The position numbers were made by a program, and so were the translations under genes. The notes below the pieces were generated by a model. That model did not search any database and was not told the origin of the DNA. It saw nothing but the letters and a program-made list of their open reading frames with translations. From an uncultured Enterobacteriaceae bacterium (lineage in GTDB: Bacteria > Pseudomonadota > Gammaproteobacteria > Eutrophobiales > Eutrophobiaceae): a stretch of DNA of 56,737 nt. The stretch's first letter is position 1. Each line of letters opens with the position of its first letter. The stretch lies in NCBI GenBank assembly GCA_964402775.1, contig CAYOEQ010000001.1:1-56737 (forward strand). Direction: 5' to 3'. This document shows positions 8,111 through 17,409 of the stretch, in pieces.

Positions 8111-10852
8111 GTGTTGCTCGTGAATCAAGCCCCACAGACAATCCGTCTGTGGGGCTTTTTTGTGCGCGTAACGGTTACCGGCTTCCTGCTGATGATATCG
8201 GTTACGGATCTGTTACAAGCCAGGGGTACAACGGCCTGGGAAACCACTACTGCATTCACCCGGGAACGACTGCATGCCATGGATGCGGCTATCAACCTGC
8301 GCGGAGCTCCTGAACAAGCCTACGAAAAATACATGGCCGTTTTCTCACCATCGGTGCGTGTACGCGGACTGCTGCCGGGTGAGACGACTGACTACGCCGG
8401 GGTCAGGGAATTCTACCGGGGCCTGTTCGGTACATTCGAGGACAGCATACTGGTCAGCGATGAGTTGATTGTTGCGGGACCGATGGCAGCGCAGCGCTAT
8501 CACTCTCTCGGCTACATGACAGGCACCTTCGACGGTGTAACGATGGACCGTAAACTGATTGCGATCCGCGGCCAGACTTTTTTCCGTTTTGACGCAAACG
8601 GGTTGATTGCAGAACGCTGGTCAAACCACGACCACGCCTACAGACTTTCACAGATCAAGGGTACAGCTGCCATGGAAGAAGGCCGGCAACTTGCCGCGCT
8701 GCTCAATGGCGCAGGTTTAACCGAGCAGGCTGTCTATGACCGTCTTGATGATATGACGGCGGCCTTCAACCTTATCCATAACCCGGCAGAGCGTGAAAAG
8801 CGCTTCCTGTCGTTCTTCGACAAGGACGTCAGGGCACATGGTATCAGCCCCGGTCTACGCGGGCTGAGCGAACTCGCAGATTATTACCGGGCGCGCTGGA
8901 AGGCGTTTCCAGACCTGGTCATGAACCTTGAGGCAAAACTCTCCGCCTGGTCCATGGGCGCAGTGCGCTGGCGGGCAACTGGTTCGTCACGGGATCGTTT
9001 CGCCGGTATCGAACCGACCCATGCGCCCGCAGTGCTGACCGGTGAAGCGATAATGCACTTTAATCAAGCCGGTAAAGTAACAGAGATCTGGATCAATGAC
9101 TCAACACCGCCCCAAAAGCCCGGGGATACCGCAACAAGACATGCGTATTTCGGCGATCTTCACGTGCATACCCGCCTGTCCGTGGACGCTTTCGTATTCG
9201 GCGCGCTGGGCACCCCCGACGATGCCTACCGCTACGCACGAGGCGAACCGATAAGGCACGCGAGTGGTAAATTGATCCGCATCAGGACGCCGCTGGACTT
9301 TATCGCGGTGACGGATCATGCCGAATACCTGGGCGTGCTTGTGGCAATGGGAGATCCCGCCAATCCCCTATCCGGACTGCAGCTTGCTGAAGAACTCTAC
9401 AGCAAGGACGAGTCAATGCTGGCGCGGGGGATTGAAAAGCTGAAGGCCAGTATTTTCGGCGGTAAGCCGCTTCCGGAACTGGTCGGGGAAAGTACCATAC
9501 ACTCGTTATGGGAAAAAACCGCCGCGGTCGCGGACCGGAATTACGAACCCGGTACATTTACAACCTTTATCGCCTTCGAGTGGTCTGCGACACCAGAAGG
9601 CGCCAACCTGCACCGTAACGTCATTTTTCAAGGCGGCGCCGAAGCAGTTCCACCCCATCCGGTGTCGTCATTCGACACAATAAAGCCGGAAGACCTGTGG
9701 GAGTACATGGAACAGGCGCGGCGCAACGGTTCGGACGTGATTGCGATCCCGCATAATTCCAACCTGAGTGACGGCCGCATGTTCCCGGTCCTTGATTCCG
9801 GCGGACAACCCATCGACCGGCTTTATGCCGAAATGCGCATCCGCAACGAACCTGTTGTTGAAGTTGTTCAGATCAAGGGTACATCGGAGACGCATCCGGT
9901 ATTGTCGGTTACGGATGAGTGGGCCGACTTCGAACTCCTCGGCGAACTGATGGGAGGCAGCGGCAGGCAAGGTACGGTAACAGGCAGTTATGTCCGGGAT
10001 GCCTACAAAAAAGGGCTGCAGATTGAGCAGACAGCCGGTGTTAATCCATACCTGTTCGGCGTTGTCGGCAGCAGCGATTCACACAACGCCAGCGTGCCGG
10101 TCGAAGAAGACAACTATACCGGGAAGATTGGCGTTGCCGACGCCACCCCTGAGGACAGGCGCAATGGCGGCTCGATAACCAGCCGGAACATCAGGTACGG
10201 TGCGGCAGGTCTTGCCGGCGTCTGGGCCGAGGAGAATACCCGGGAGTCAATATTCGCCGCATTGAAACGCAGGGAAACCTTTGCCACCAGCGGCCCGCGT
10301 ATCCGCGTACAAATGTTCGCGGGCTGGTCTTTTGACAAAATGCTGCATACGCGTACGGACATGCTTCGCACGGCCTATGCCGACGGCGTCCCCATGGGTG
10401 GATACCTGTATCCGACTACAGAAAAATTACAGGTTCCGCGCTTTCTACTTCGGGCTGTACGAGACCCTGACAGTGCCCCTTTGCAGCGCCTGCAGGTAAT
10501 CAAGGGATGGCTGGCAGATGGAGACACCCACGAGAAAGTTTTCGACGTAGCGTGTTCAGACGGCCTCGTACCAGACCCGGTCAACCACCGTTGCCCGGAT
10601 AACGGGGCCATCGTTAATTTGAGTGATTGCAGTATCTCATCGAATAAAGGAGATGCGGCACTCTCTGTTGTCTGGGCCGATCCTGAATTCGACGTCACCG
10701 CACCCGCATTTTATTACGCTCGCGTACTCGAAAACCCCACGTGCCGCTGGAGCACCTGGGACGCTTTGCGCATGGGCTGGGAACTACCGGAAGAAGTGCC
10801 TGCCGTAATCCAGGAGCGCGCCTGGACCTCACCTGTCTGGTATCAGCCATAA
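8111..10852 (+). CDS. exported fusion protein: two SnoaL-like NTF2 domains + DUF3604 (PHP-like metal-dependent hydrolase fold)
   Basis: 913 aa with a hydrophobic N-terminal signal/anchor. Two ester-cyclase-like repeats occupy about aa 45-182 (...IAERWSNHD) and about aa 205-330 (...VTEIWINDS). From about nt 9140 come DUF3604-type motifs DLHVHT, AVTDHAEY, FEWS, IPHNSNLSDG, GSSDSHNA, RRETFATSGPRI and ERAWTSPVWY. An alternative start is GTG 8120, which has a better SD spacing. Confidence 0.85.
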   Translation: MLLVNQAPQTIRLWGFFVRVTVTGFLLMISVTDLLQARGTTAWETTTAFTRERLHAMDAAINLRGAPEQAYEKYMAVFSPSVRVRGLLPGETTDYAGVREFYRGLFGTFEDSILVSDELIVAGPMAAQRYHSLGYMTGTFDGVTMDRKLIAIRGQTFFRFDANGLIAERWSNHDHAYRLSQIKGTAAMEEGRQLAALLNGAGLTEQAVYDRLDDMTAAFNLIHNPAEREKRFLSFFDKDVRAHGISPGLRGLSELADYYRARWKAFPDLVMNLEAKLSAWSMGAVRWRATGSSRDRFAGIEPTHAPAVLTGEAIMHFNQAGKVTEIWINDSTPPQKPGDTATRHAYFGDLHVHTRLSVDAFVFGALGTPDDAYRYARGEPIRHASGKLIRIRTPLDFIAVTDHAEYLGVLVAMGDPANPLSGLQLAEELYSKDESMLARGIEKLKASIFGGKPLPELVGESTIHSLWEKTAAVADRNYEPGTFTTFIAFEWSATPEGANLHRNVIFQGGAEAVPPHPVSSFDTIKPEDLWEYMEQARRNGSDVIAIPHNSNLSDGRMFPVLDSGGQPIDRLYAEMRIRNEPVVEVVQIKGTSETHPVLSVTDEWADFELLGELMGGSGRQGTVTGSYVRDAYKKGLQIEQTAGVNPYLFGVVGSSDSHNASVPVEEDNYTGKIGVADATPEDRRNGGSITSRNIRYGAAGLAGVWAEENTRESIFAALKRRETFATSGPRIRVQMFAGWSFDKMLHTRTDMLRTAYADGVPMGGYLYPTTEKLQVPRFLLRAVRDPDSAPLQRLQVIKGWLADGDTHEKVFDVACSDGLVPDPVNHRCPDNGAIVNLSDCSISSNKGDAALSVVWADPEFDVTAPAFYYARVLENPTCRWSTWDALRMGWELPEEVPAVIQERAWTSPVWYQP

Positions 10853-10878
10853 CCGGCTTGTTCCGTCCATAATAGCTG

Positions 10879-12222
10879 TCAGGACGGAGACTCAGGCACC
10901 AGGTTTTTCCTGGCCAGCCAACGCCGGATGACGCCGTGCCGGTGCTTGTTGATGGGATAGTTGTAGAGTATGAGGGCGCCGGCAAGACCTATGATCCCCG
11001 GCAGGAACAGCCCGACAAAGGCAAGGCCCTGCAGCGCCTCGGCGTCATTCACTCCCGCAGGCTGAAATCCCAGGACTCCCAGCAAAGGCAGCGCAATTCC
11101 TACACCGCCTGCAAACGCTACCTTTACGATAAAATTGTAAACGGCCATGTATATTGCCGCATCATCGCTGCCCCCCTTCATCATGCCGTACTCGATCGTG
11201 TCCGCCACCAGCGCCGGCGGCATCACCCAGATGACCGAGATGATCGGTCCATGCACCAGGGCAACCAGCAACAATTGCGAGAAATCACCGGGGGCCACCA
11301 GCAGGTACAGGGGCTGGACCGCCAGGTAGCCGAACCCGCCCCAGACCAGGGCCCGGTGCCGGCCAAAACGGTTGCCGAACCTGACCCATAACGGCAGGCA
11401 GAGAATGCCGATGACGTACTGTATCAATACGAACTTCAGGAATGCCGAACGAGGCATCTCCAGGATATACTCGAACGTGAATATCAGCGAGGCATTCATC
11501 ACGCTGCCGCCGAGCCAGAGGAAAAATATGCCGATGATCAGGCGCAGGTACGGCTTGTTCCCTGACAGGAGTTTCAACGTGGACATCAGCCCGTGCCTGC
11601 CGGTCTCGACAAACGGGGCTTTCGGCGTAACAGCGGTCGCCATGAACACGGCAAGCGGGATCAAAACCATCAAGAACGCGACATAAACCCACAATATGTC
11701 CCGCAACGCCGGGTTCTCTTCCCTCAGGAACAGGACCGGAAGCAGCGTTGCCAGGATTACCCCAATCATCGTCCCGGTTTCACGGTAGCCGTTGATACGG
11801 GTCCGCGCCGCATAATCCCGGGACAGTTCCGCGCCCCAGGACAAATAGGGGATCTGTACGGTAGTCCAGGCGATATAGAACACCAGCGCCACGACAAACA
11901 GGTAGGTTTTACTCACGCTGACAGGCGGGCTGAGAAACAGGTACAGGGTGACCATCAGCAGGGGCATACCGATGATGATCCAGGGTTTGCGGCGCCCCCA
12001 TCGGCCGCGGGTCTGGTCGGAGAAAAAACCGATCAGGGGGTCCGTAATCGCATCCCAGGCGCGTGCAATGAAGAATATGCCGCCTACCGCGGCCAGTTCC
12101 AGGCCGAGTTCCGCTGCGTAAAACGGCGGCACATAAATGATTAACGGCATTCCCAGCATGGCCAGTGGAACGGCAGGCAACATGTAGGCTATCAGGGAAA
12201 TTCTATCGGTGGCTGATCTCAC
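10879..12222 (-). CDS. MFS transporter, glycoside-pentoside-hexuronide (GPH) cation symporter family
   Basis: 447 aa and multi-TM. GPH-type motif DPLIGFFSDQTRGRWGRRKPW. The GTG start overlaps the upstream stop (GTGA). Confidence 0.85.
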   Translation of the reverse strand: MRSATDRISLIAYMLPAVPLAMLGMPLIIYVPPFYAAELGLELAAVGGIFFIARAWDAITDPLIGFFSDQTRGRWGRRKPWIIIGMPLLMVTLYLFLSPPVSVSKTYLFVVALVFYIAWTTVQIPYLSWGAELSRDYAARTRINGYRETGTMIGVILATLLPVLFLREENPALRDILWVYVAFLMVLIPLAVFMATAVTPKAPFVETGRHGLMSTLKLLSGNKPYLRLIIGIFFLWLGGSVMNASLIFTFEYILEMPRSAFLKFVLIQYVIGILCLPLWVRFGNRFGRHRALVWGGFGYLAVQPLYLLVAPGDFSQLLLVALVHGPIISVIWVMPPALVADTIEYGMMKGGSDDAAIYMAVYNFIVKVAFAGGVGIALPLLGVLGFQPAGVNDAEALQGLAFVGLFLPGIIGLAGALILYNYPINKHRHGVIRRWLARKNLVPESPS

Positions 12223-13718
12223 GTTATCACTCCGTTACTGTTTTCATTCATTCCCGGGGGATTTTCATGCCGCGGCCAATAGGGTTGGATAAATTTCCTG
12301 TAGGGAATGCCTGCAAAGTCAAAGTTGAGCGCGCCGGGGCTTGTTACGTAAATTACATCCCCGGCCAGGGGGGCAAACCCCGCATGGAAGTGCTGGCTTG
12401 ACTTGACGACGACCAGCTTCATCTCCAGCAGGTCGATGCCCAGAACAGTAAATATTTGCGGATGTAATGTCTGACAGCGGTGTTCACTGATAACCAAATT
12501 GACGTTTGCAAGGTCTGCATCCAGCAGCGATACCCAGGCCAGACTTCCGACAGGTTGCCGTCCGCCGCCCGTGTCAGGCTGCGAATAATCCTCCACCAAC
12601 GCACGAACCGCGATTTTCAGTGCAACGGGTTTGCCGGAGACGTTTCCTGTCCTGCCGCCCAACTCGAGGTCCAGCGTTGCGCCCTTGCCTGCACTCCTGC
12701 ATCCGGCAAGCGATTCAGGGTCGCAATAAACACCCGATACCACGTTATCGAATTTCCTGGCCAGGATACGCTCCAGGATGAAAGTGGCATCAGCCGGCGC
12801 CCCACCACCCGGGTTATCCGCAGTGTCCGCCAGCACGATTGGACGCCGGTCCGATGCTTCGGCAAGGTCCAACGCCTCATCAACACCTGGATATTCAGGA
12901 TGCGTCTCATGGCGCATCATCCAGATTTCCGTGCCGAGTTCTACCGCGGTACGGGCGGCCAATGAACTGTCGGCATTCGCATAAACAAGCATCTTGGCGC
13001 CGTTATGCACACTGTCGCCCCAAGGGAAACCGTGACAGAACGATATGGAAATTATCCCGTCTGTTTCTTCCAGGTCACGCAATTTTTCAACAAAACGGCT
13101 CATCGGTTGTTCAGTGGTTTTCCAGGTGCTTATCATCCGGCAATCATGGACACTGCCTGCCGGTTTTAGTTTCCCTTCTGCAATGTCCGTGCAAAGGTCA
13201 AACAGCCTGTCGCCGCACTCCATGATATCCGTATGCGGATACTCCTTGTAGGAAATGAGCAAGTCCGAATTTTCAAGCATCGTCTGAGAAAGCAGGCAAT
13301 GCAGGTCCAGTTCAGCGCCTATCACCGTGCCGGCACCAACTAACTGCCTGATTTCCTTTATCAAATCTCCTTCACAGTCATCACATTCCGTTGCGATCAT
13401 CGCGCCGTGCAGTTGCAACAGCACGACATCTACGGGCATCGCCCGCTTAAGATCTGAAAGTATTTCCCGTTTGAACGCCTCGTATACCGGCATCTCGACA
13501 GGACCCCCCGGCAGGGCCACAGCACCCAGGCTTTCGACTACATCATGTCCCGCCGCGCTTGCCGATTGCCGCCAGCGGGCCAGTACCGGACCAAACAGCT
13601 TGTCCATGCTGCTGGCGTTGCCATGCCATAGACCGAACTGCCTGAATTCATCCATCCCGGTTGGAATGGGTGAGAAAGTATTGGTTTCGGTCAACAGCAG
13701 GGCAATAAAGTATTTCAT
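12219..13718 (-). CDS. M81-family metallopeptidase (MlrC / microcystinase-C-like)
   Basis: 499 aa. N-terminal MlrC-type motif LLTETNTFSP and overall MlrC N+C domain length. 9-nt gap to the upstream gene. Confidence 0.8.
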   Translation of the reverse strand: MKYFIALLLTETNTFSPIPTGMDEFRQFGLWHGNASSMDKLFGPVLARWRQSASAAGHDVVESLGAVALPGGPVEMPVYEAFKREILSDLKRAMPVDVVLLQLHGAMIATECDDCEGDLIKEIRQLVGAGTVIGAELDLHCLLSQTMLENSDLLISYKEYPHTDIMECGDRLFDLCTDIAEGKLKPAGSVHDCRMISTWKTTEQPMSRFVEKLRDLEETDGIISISFCHGFPWGDSVHNGAKMLVYANADSSLAARTAVELGTEIWMMRHETHPEYPGVDEALDLAEASDRRPIVLADTADNPGGGAPADATFILERILARKFDNVVSGVYCDPESLAGCRSAGKGATLDLELGGRTGNVSGKPVALKIAVRALVEDYSQPDTGGGRQPVGSLAWVSLLDADLANVNLVISEHRCQTLHPQIFTVLGIDLLEMKLVVVKSSQHFHAGFAPLAGDVIYVTSPGALNFDFAGIPYRKFIQPYWPRHENPPGMNENSNGVIT

Positions 13719-13727
13719 GGTTAAGCC

Positions 13728-15311
13728 TTACCCTTTCAATACCGCTCTCACAAGCTCTGCCCCTTTCTCACCGATCATGACCACCGTGGCATTGGTATTG
13801 CCGGTCACCAGGGTCGGCATGATGGACGCATCGATGACCCAGAGCCCGTCGACACCCCTGACTCTTAATTCCGGGTCCACAACGGCATCCGCATCAATTC
13901 CCATCCTGCAGGTCCCAACCGGATGGTACATGGGAAATGCCGTATCTTTAACAAACTGCCTGAGTCCTTCACCGGCAAATGCTTCATCATCCGGTTGGCG
14001 CCAACGCGCCAAAGAGCCGGCAAAAGCAGGCTGCTCCGTAATCTTCCTGGCAATCCGGCAGGCGTCGATAAGTTGTTCGATATCATCCCCGGAGGCCAGC
14101 ATGGGATAACGAATCCGGGGTGGGTCCGATGGGTCGGGAGAACGCAATACAACCTCCCCCCTGCTTCGTGTCTGCATCAGACCGACCGCACCGCCGGCAA
14201 TCTTCCGTCTGCTGAGGGCAGCTTTATTCTCGCCGATTTCTATATGGAAAGGCGCCATGGTGACCTGGATGTTGGGCGTCCCGAACTCGTCACGGGTGCG
14301 GGTAAACGCGTGGGCGTGGGCAATCGGCGTTGTCAGCATTCCCTTGCCGCCGACCAGGAACCGGAACAATTCCACCAGGTTATGCAACGGCCCTGTCCCG
14401 CTTCCCAGGGTGTCCCCATTAACGTCGAACGAATAGCGTATACCGGCGTGCTCCTGCAGGTTTTTACCGACGCCCGGCGAATGCGTGATACAGGCGATAC
14501 CCGACCGCTTGAGCGCCGACTCCGCGCCGATGCCGGATAGTTGCAGGAGTTTGGGCGAGGCAATGGCGCCCGCGCACATTATAACGGCGGCCCGCGCCGT
14601 TGCTCTCTCGGGCCGGCTGCTGCCATCTCTTGTAAATTCGATGCCCCCGGCCTTTTTACCATCAAACAGGACCCGGGTAACCCGGGTCCTGAGTTGCACG
14701 CGCAGGTTGGCGCGCTTACGCAACGGATGGAGGTACGCCGTCGCCGCAGACTCGCGCCAGCCCCTGCGCTGGGCCACCTGGACATAATCGACTCCCTCGT
14801 GGTCCGCCCCGTTCAGGTCGTCGCTCCTGGGGATGCCTGCCTGTTGCGCCGCCTTGACCCAGGCATGGGTCAGGGGGCTGTGCACGTTCAAATCCTCCAC
14901 GGAATGGGGTCCCCGGCCGCCGCGCCATTCATCCTGGCCGCGCCGGTTGGTTTCCATGCGCCTGAAATACGGCAACACCGAAGCGTAATCCCAGCCTGCG
15001 CAACCCAGGTCCGACCAGCGGTCGTAATCATCCCTGTGGCCGCGGATAAACATCATCCCGTTGATGGCGCTGCCCCCACCCAGGCGCAGGCCGCTCCACC
15101 AGGTATCCACCTTGCCGTCACGGGACGGGTCCGGTTCGACCTCGTACATCCAGTTAAACCGGGGACTGTAGACCGCGGCGCCGCTGGCCGCGGGGACGCG
15201 GCTGAAAGGATGCCTGTCGCTGCCGCCCGCCTCTATCAGCAGAACGGCTAAGGAAGGGTCTTCCGACAAACGCCCTGCCACGACGCAACCGGCCGTCCCT
15301 CCTCCAACCAC
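13728..15311 (-). CDS. GMC-family FAD oxidoreductase (choline/alcohol dehydrogenase-like)
   Basis: FAD fold GGGTAGCVVAGRLSEDP plus GMC-type regions throughout. The frame stays open upstream to 15344 and encodes ...INDYDVIV before the GTG, so the real start may be ATT at 15330-15332. Confidence 0.9.
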   Translation of the reverse strand: MVGGGTAGCVVAGRLSEDPSLAVLLIEAGGSDRHPFSRVPAASGAAVYSPRFNWMYEVEPDPSRDGKVDTWWSGLRLGGGSAINGMMFIRGHRDDYDRWSDLGCAGWDYASVLPYFRRMETNRRGQDEWRGGRGPHSVEDLNVHSPLTHAWVKAAQQAGIPRSDDLNGADHEGVDYVQVAQRRGWRESAATAYLHPLRKRANLRVQLRTRVTRVLFDGKKAGGIEFTRDGSSRPERATARAAVIMCAGAIASPKLLQLSGIGAESALKRSGIACITHSPGVGKNLQEHAGIRYSFDVNGDTLGSGTGPLHNLVELFRFLVGGKGMLTTPIAHAHAFTRTRDEFGTPNIQVTMAPFHIEIGENKAALSRRKIAGGAVGLMQTRSRGEVVLRSPDPSDPPRIRYPMLASGDDIEQLIDACRIARKITEQPAFAGSLARWRQPDDEAFAGEGLRQFVKDTAFPMYHPVGTCRMGIDADAVVDPELRVRGVDGLWVIDASIMPTLVTGNTNATVVMIGEKGAELVRAVLKG

Positions 15312-15356
15312 AATTACGTCATAGTCGTTAATCGCACCACCCCTTTAATGATATCC

Positions 15357-15382
15357 GGGGTCAGAGCAATTGCTCTGACCCC
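15357..15382. repeat. REP-like element family 1 (26-nt perfect palindrome)
   Basis: GGGGTCAGAGCAATTGCTCTGACCCC, 5 nt downstream of the stop of the NTF2 gene on the minus strand. Confidence 0.85.
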
Positions 15383-15387
15383 AATAG

Positions 15388-15870
15388 TTACGGCGTATTA
15401 TTATTCCCCATATCCAGTATCACCTTCCATGCCCCATCGGCCTGGCGCTCCCATAACAAAATGTACTTGCCTTGCCGCGGGGCTGCCTGGTTCTCAACAT
15501 CTCCACCCTTGAGAACAAAGTTTGCGACAAAGTTGCCGCGGGTCAGGGCCCAATCGCCCTCCGTTATGACGGAATCGACGGTTACGTCCAGCTGCTCGAT
15601 ATCGAAAGTGCCGTGGACGGTCTGCGCGAACCCGCGCAGCGCCTGCTTGCCTTCCAGCGCCGGTAAGGTGTTGTGCATGCCGACCGCGTCATCGGCGAAG
15701 ACCCCCAGCCAGCCCTCGGTATCGCCTGTTTTATAAGGCTCGATGTATTCATTGAGCACCAGTTGCTCGAAATCCGGCGGGGATGCTGCCTGCCGGTCCT
15801 GCCTGGAACAAGCGTTTGCGAACAATACCAGCGCAACCAGGAGTATATGGAGATAGTTATTCATGGGCAT
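15388..15870 (-). CDS. exported NTF2-fold protein (DUF4440/SnoaL-like; possible lipoprotein)
   Basis: 160 aa. The signal peptide ends ...LVLFANAC, a non-canonical lipobox. NTF2-like pattern with a C-terminal ...WKVILDMGN. Confidence 0.7.
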   Translation of the reverse strand: MPMNNYLHILLVALVLFANACSRQDRQAASPPDFEQLVLNEYIEPYKTGDTEGWLGVFADDAVGMHNTLPALEGKQALRGFAQTVHGTFDIEQLDVTVDSVITEGDWALTRGNFVANFVLKGGDVENQAAPRQGKYILLWERQADGAWKVILDMGNNNTP

Positions 15871-15879
15871 ATTCCTAAG

Positions 15880-17409
15880 TCAGTGTCCATGTTTTGCGAG
15901 ATAGTCCTGCTTGATGAGTTGCTTCTTTACCTTGCCGGAATCTTCACGCGGCAGGCGGTCAATGAAACTATATATCCTGGGCACCTTGAAATCCGCAAGC
16001 CTGGTCTTCAGGTATGCGGCAACTCTTTCTCCGTCTGCGACCCCCTTCTGCTCGATTACCGCCACGAGCTTTTCGCCGAATTCCGCATCGGGTATCCCGA
16101 ATACGACACAATCGGCAACATCCTCCATGGCAACCAGTTCCGCCTCGATCTCCGCCGGGTAGATATTCACGCCCCCGGATATCACCATGTCCGACTGGCG
16201 CGATGACACATACAGGAACCCCTCCTCGTCCAGGTAACCGATGTCTCCCGTTACCAGGAACCCGTTCTGCTGCAAGGCTGCACTCCTCTCGCCATCATTG
16301 AGATAGGAAATACAATGGGTGCCTTCGTGTTTCACGCAGATCACGCCTTCATCGAGAGCCCTGCGCCTGTTTCCGTCCCCGTCGCGAATTTCTATCTCGA
16401 CACCGGGCGCAGGACGCCCCACTGTGCCCTCGTGTTCCAGCCATTCGGCAGGGGTGCTACAGGTGATAATACCTGTTTCCGTCATGGCGTAATATTCATA
16501 AATCACCTTCCCCCACCAATCGATCATGCTTCTTTTTACAGCCGCCGGACAGGGCGCCGCGCCGTGGGTGACGTGGACCAGGGAATCAAGCCGATACCTG
16601 TTTCTGACACTGTGCGGCAAATCCAGCAACCGGACAAACATGGTCGGCACCAGGTGCAGGTGGGTTATTTCATACTGCTCTATCATGGCCAGCAGGTCTT
16701 CCGCATTGAAACGCGCCGCCAGGACCAGCGTACCACCGGATTGCAGGACCATGTTGGCGTAACCGTTGGGCGCGGAATGGTACAGGGGTCCGGTCATTAC
16801 CGAACGGATCGGGGTTCGGTCGAAGCCCCAGGCATGCCTTGTCCTGGCGCTGATCCCGGCTGCTATTTCAGGGGTTACGTTGTTACGCAGCACCGCTTTG
16901 GGCCTGCCGCTGCTGCCGGAGGTATAAAACAGGGGCGGTCTGAAATTCTTATCCGGATCCGTATGCGGCCTGCTCTCTTCCATCCAGTCATCCCAGTTCA
17001 GGAAACGGGGATCGCGTATATCCTCTCCAGGTTTGGCTCCGTACCCCTGCAGGATTTCGGCTGGCGGGTTTACCACGATCACCGGGCTGTCTTTTATAAC
17101 CTCCACCAACTCTTCAGTGAGCAAATCGGCATGGACAATTACGGCCCCGGCCCGGCAATCGGCCAGGATGAAATCGACCTCCGCCGGTTTCAGGCGCCAG
17201 TTGACCGGCACGACGTCGAAACCGAGGTAGTGAGATGCCTCATGGATTATGAAGTAGGGAATATCGTTACGTAATATGACCGCAACGGCGTCATTCTCCC
17301 GGATGCCCAGGGACTGCAAGCCGGCAGCGACGCGTCGTGCTGCAGCGTCAATGTCCGAGACAGAGCAACTTCGCTCGCCGAAGATCAGGGCGCCCTGGGG
17401 CAATTTCAC
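15880..17409 (-). CDS. AMP-dependent acyl-CoA synthetase/ligase
   Basis: AMP-binding motif YTSGSSGRPKAV, plus GDIGYLDEEGFLYVSSRQSDMVISGGVNIYPAEIE. The GTG start overlaps the upstream stop (GTGA). Confidence 0.9.
   Translation of the reverse strand: MKLPQGALIFGERSCSVSDIDAAARRVAAGLQSLGIRENDAVAVILRNDIPYFIIHEASHYLGFDVVPVNWRLKPAEVDFILADCRAGAVIVHADLLTEELVEVIKDSPVIVVNPPAEILQGYGAKPGEDIRDPRFLNWDDWMEESRPHTDPDKNFRPPLFYTSGSSGRPKAVLRNNVTPEIAAGISARTRHAWGFDRTPIRSVMTGPLYHSAPNGYANMVLQSGGTLVLAARFNAEDLLAMIEQYEITHLHLVPTMFVRLLDLPHSVRNRYRLDSLVHVTHGAAPCPAAVKRSMIDWWGKVIYEYYAMTETGIITCSTPAEWLEHEGTVGRPAPGVEIEIRDGDGNRRRALDEGVICVKHEGTHCISYLNDGERSAALQQNGFLVTGDIGYLDEEGFLYVSSRQSDMVISGGVNIYPAEIEAELVAMEDVADCVVFGIPDAEFGEKLVAVIEQKGVADGERVAAYLKTRLADFKVPRIYSFIDRLPREDSGKVKKQLIKQDYLAKHGH

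Noticed and set aside
10862-10888. Hairpin TCCGTCC-N13-GGACGGA between the convergent DUF3604 and GPH genes as a bidirectional terminator
   Set aside because: The stem is only 7 bp with a 13-nt loop, there is no U-tract on either strand, and it overlaps the GPH stop codon. This is too weak to call.
16315-17274. Long antisense ORFs inside well-supported genes (for example 16315..17274, 13327..14109, 14541..15251, 27943..29004, 30293..31096, 38811..39485, 42895..43539)
   Set aside because: These are typical shadow ORFs of GC-rich coding DNA. They have Arg/Pro/Gly-rich low-complexity translations and no motifs, and each is fully contained in a gene with strong family signatures on the other strand.
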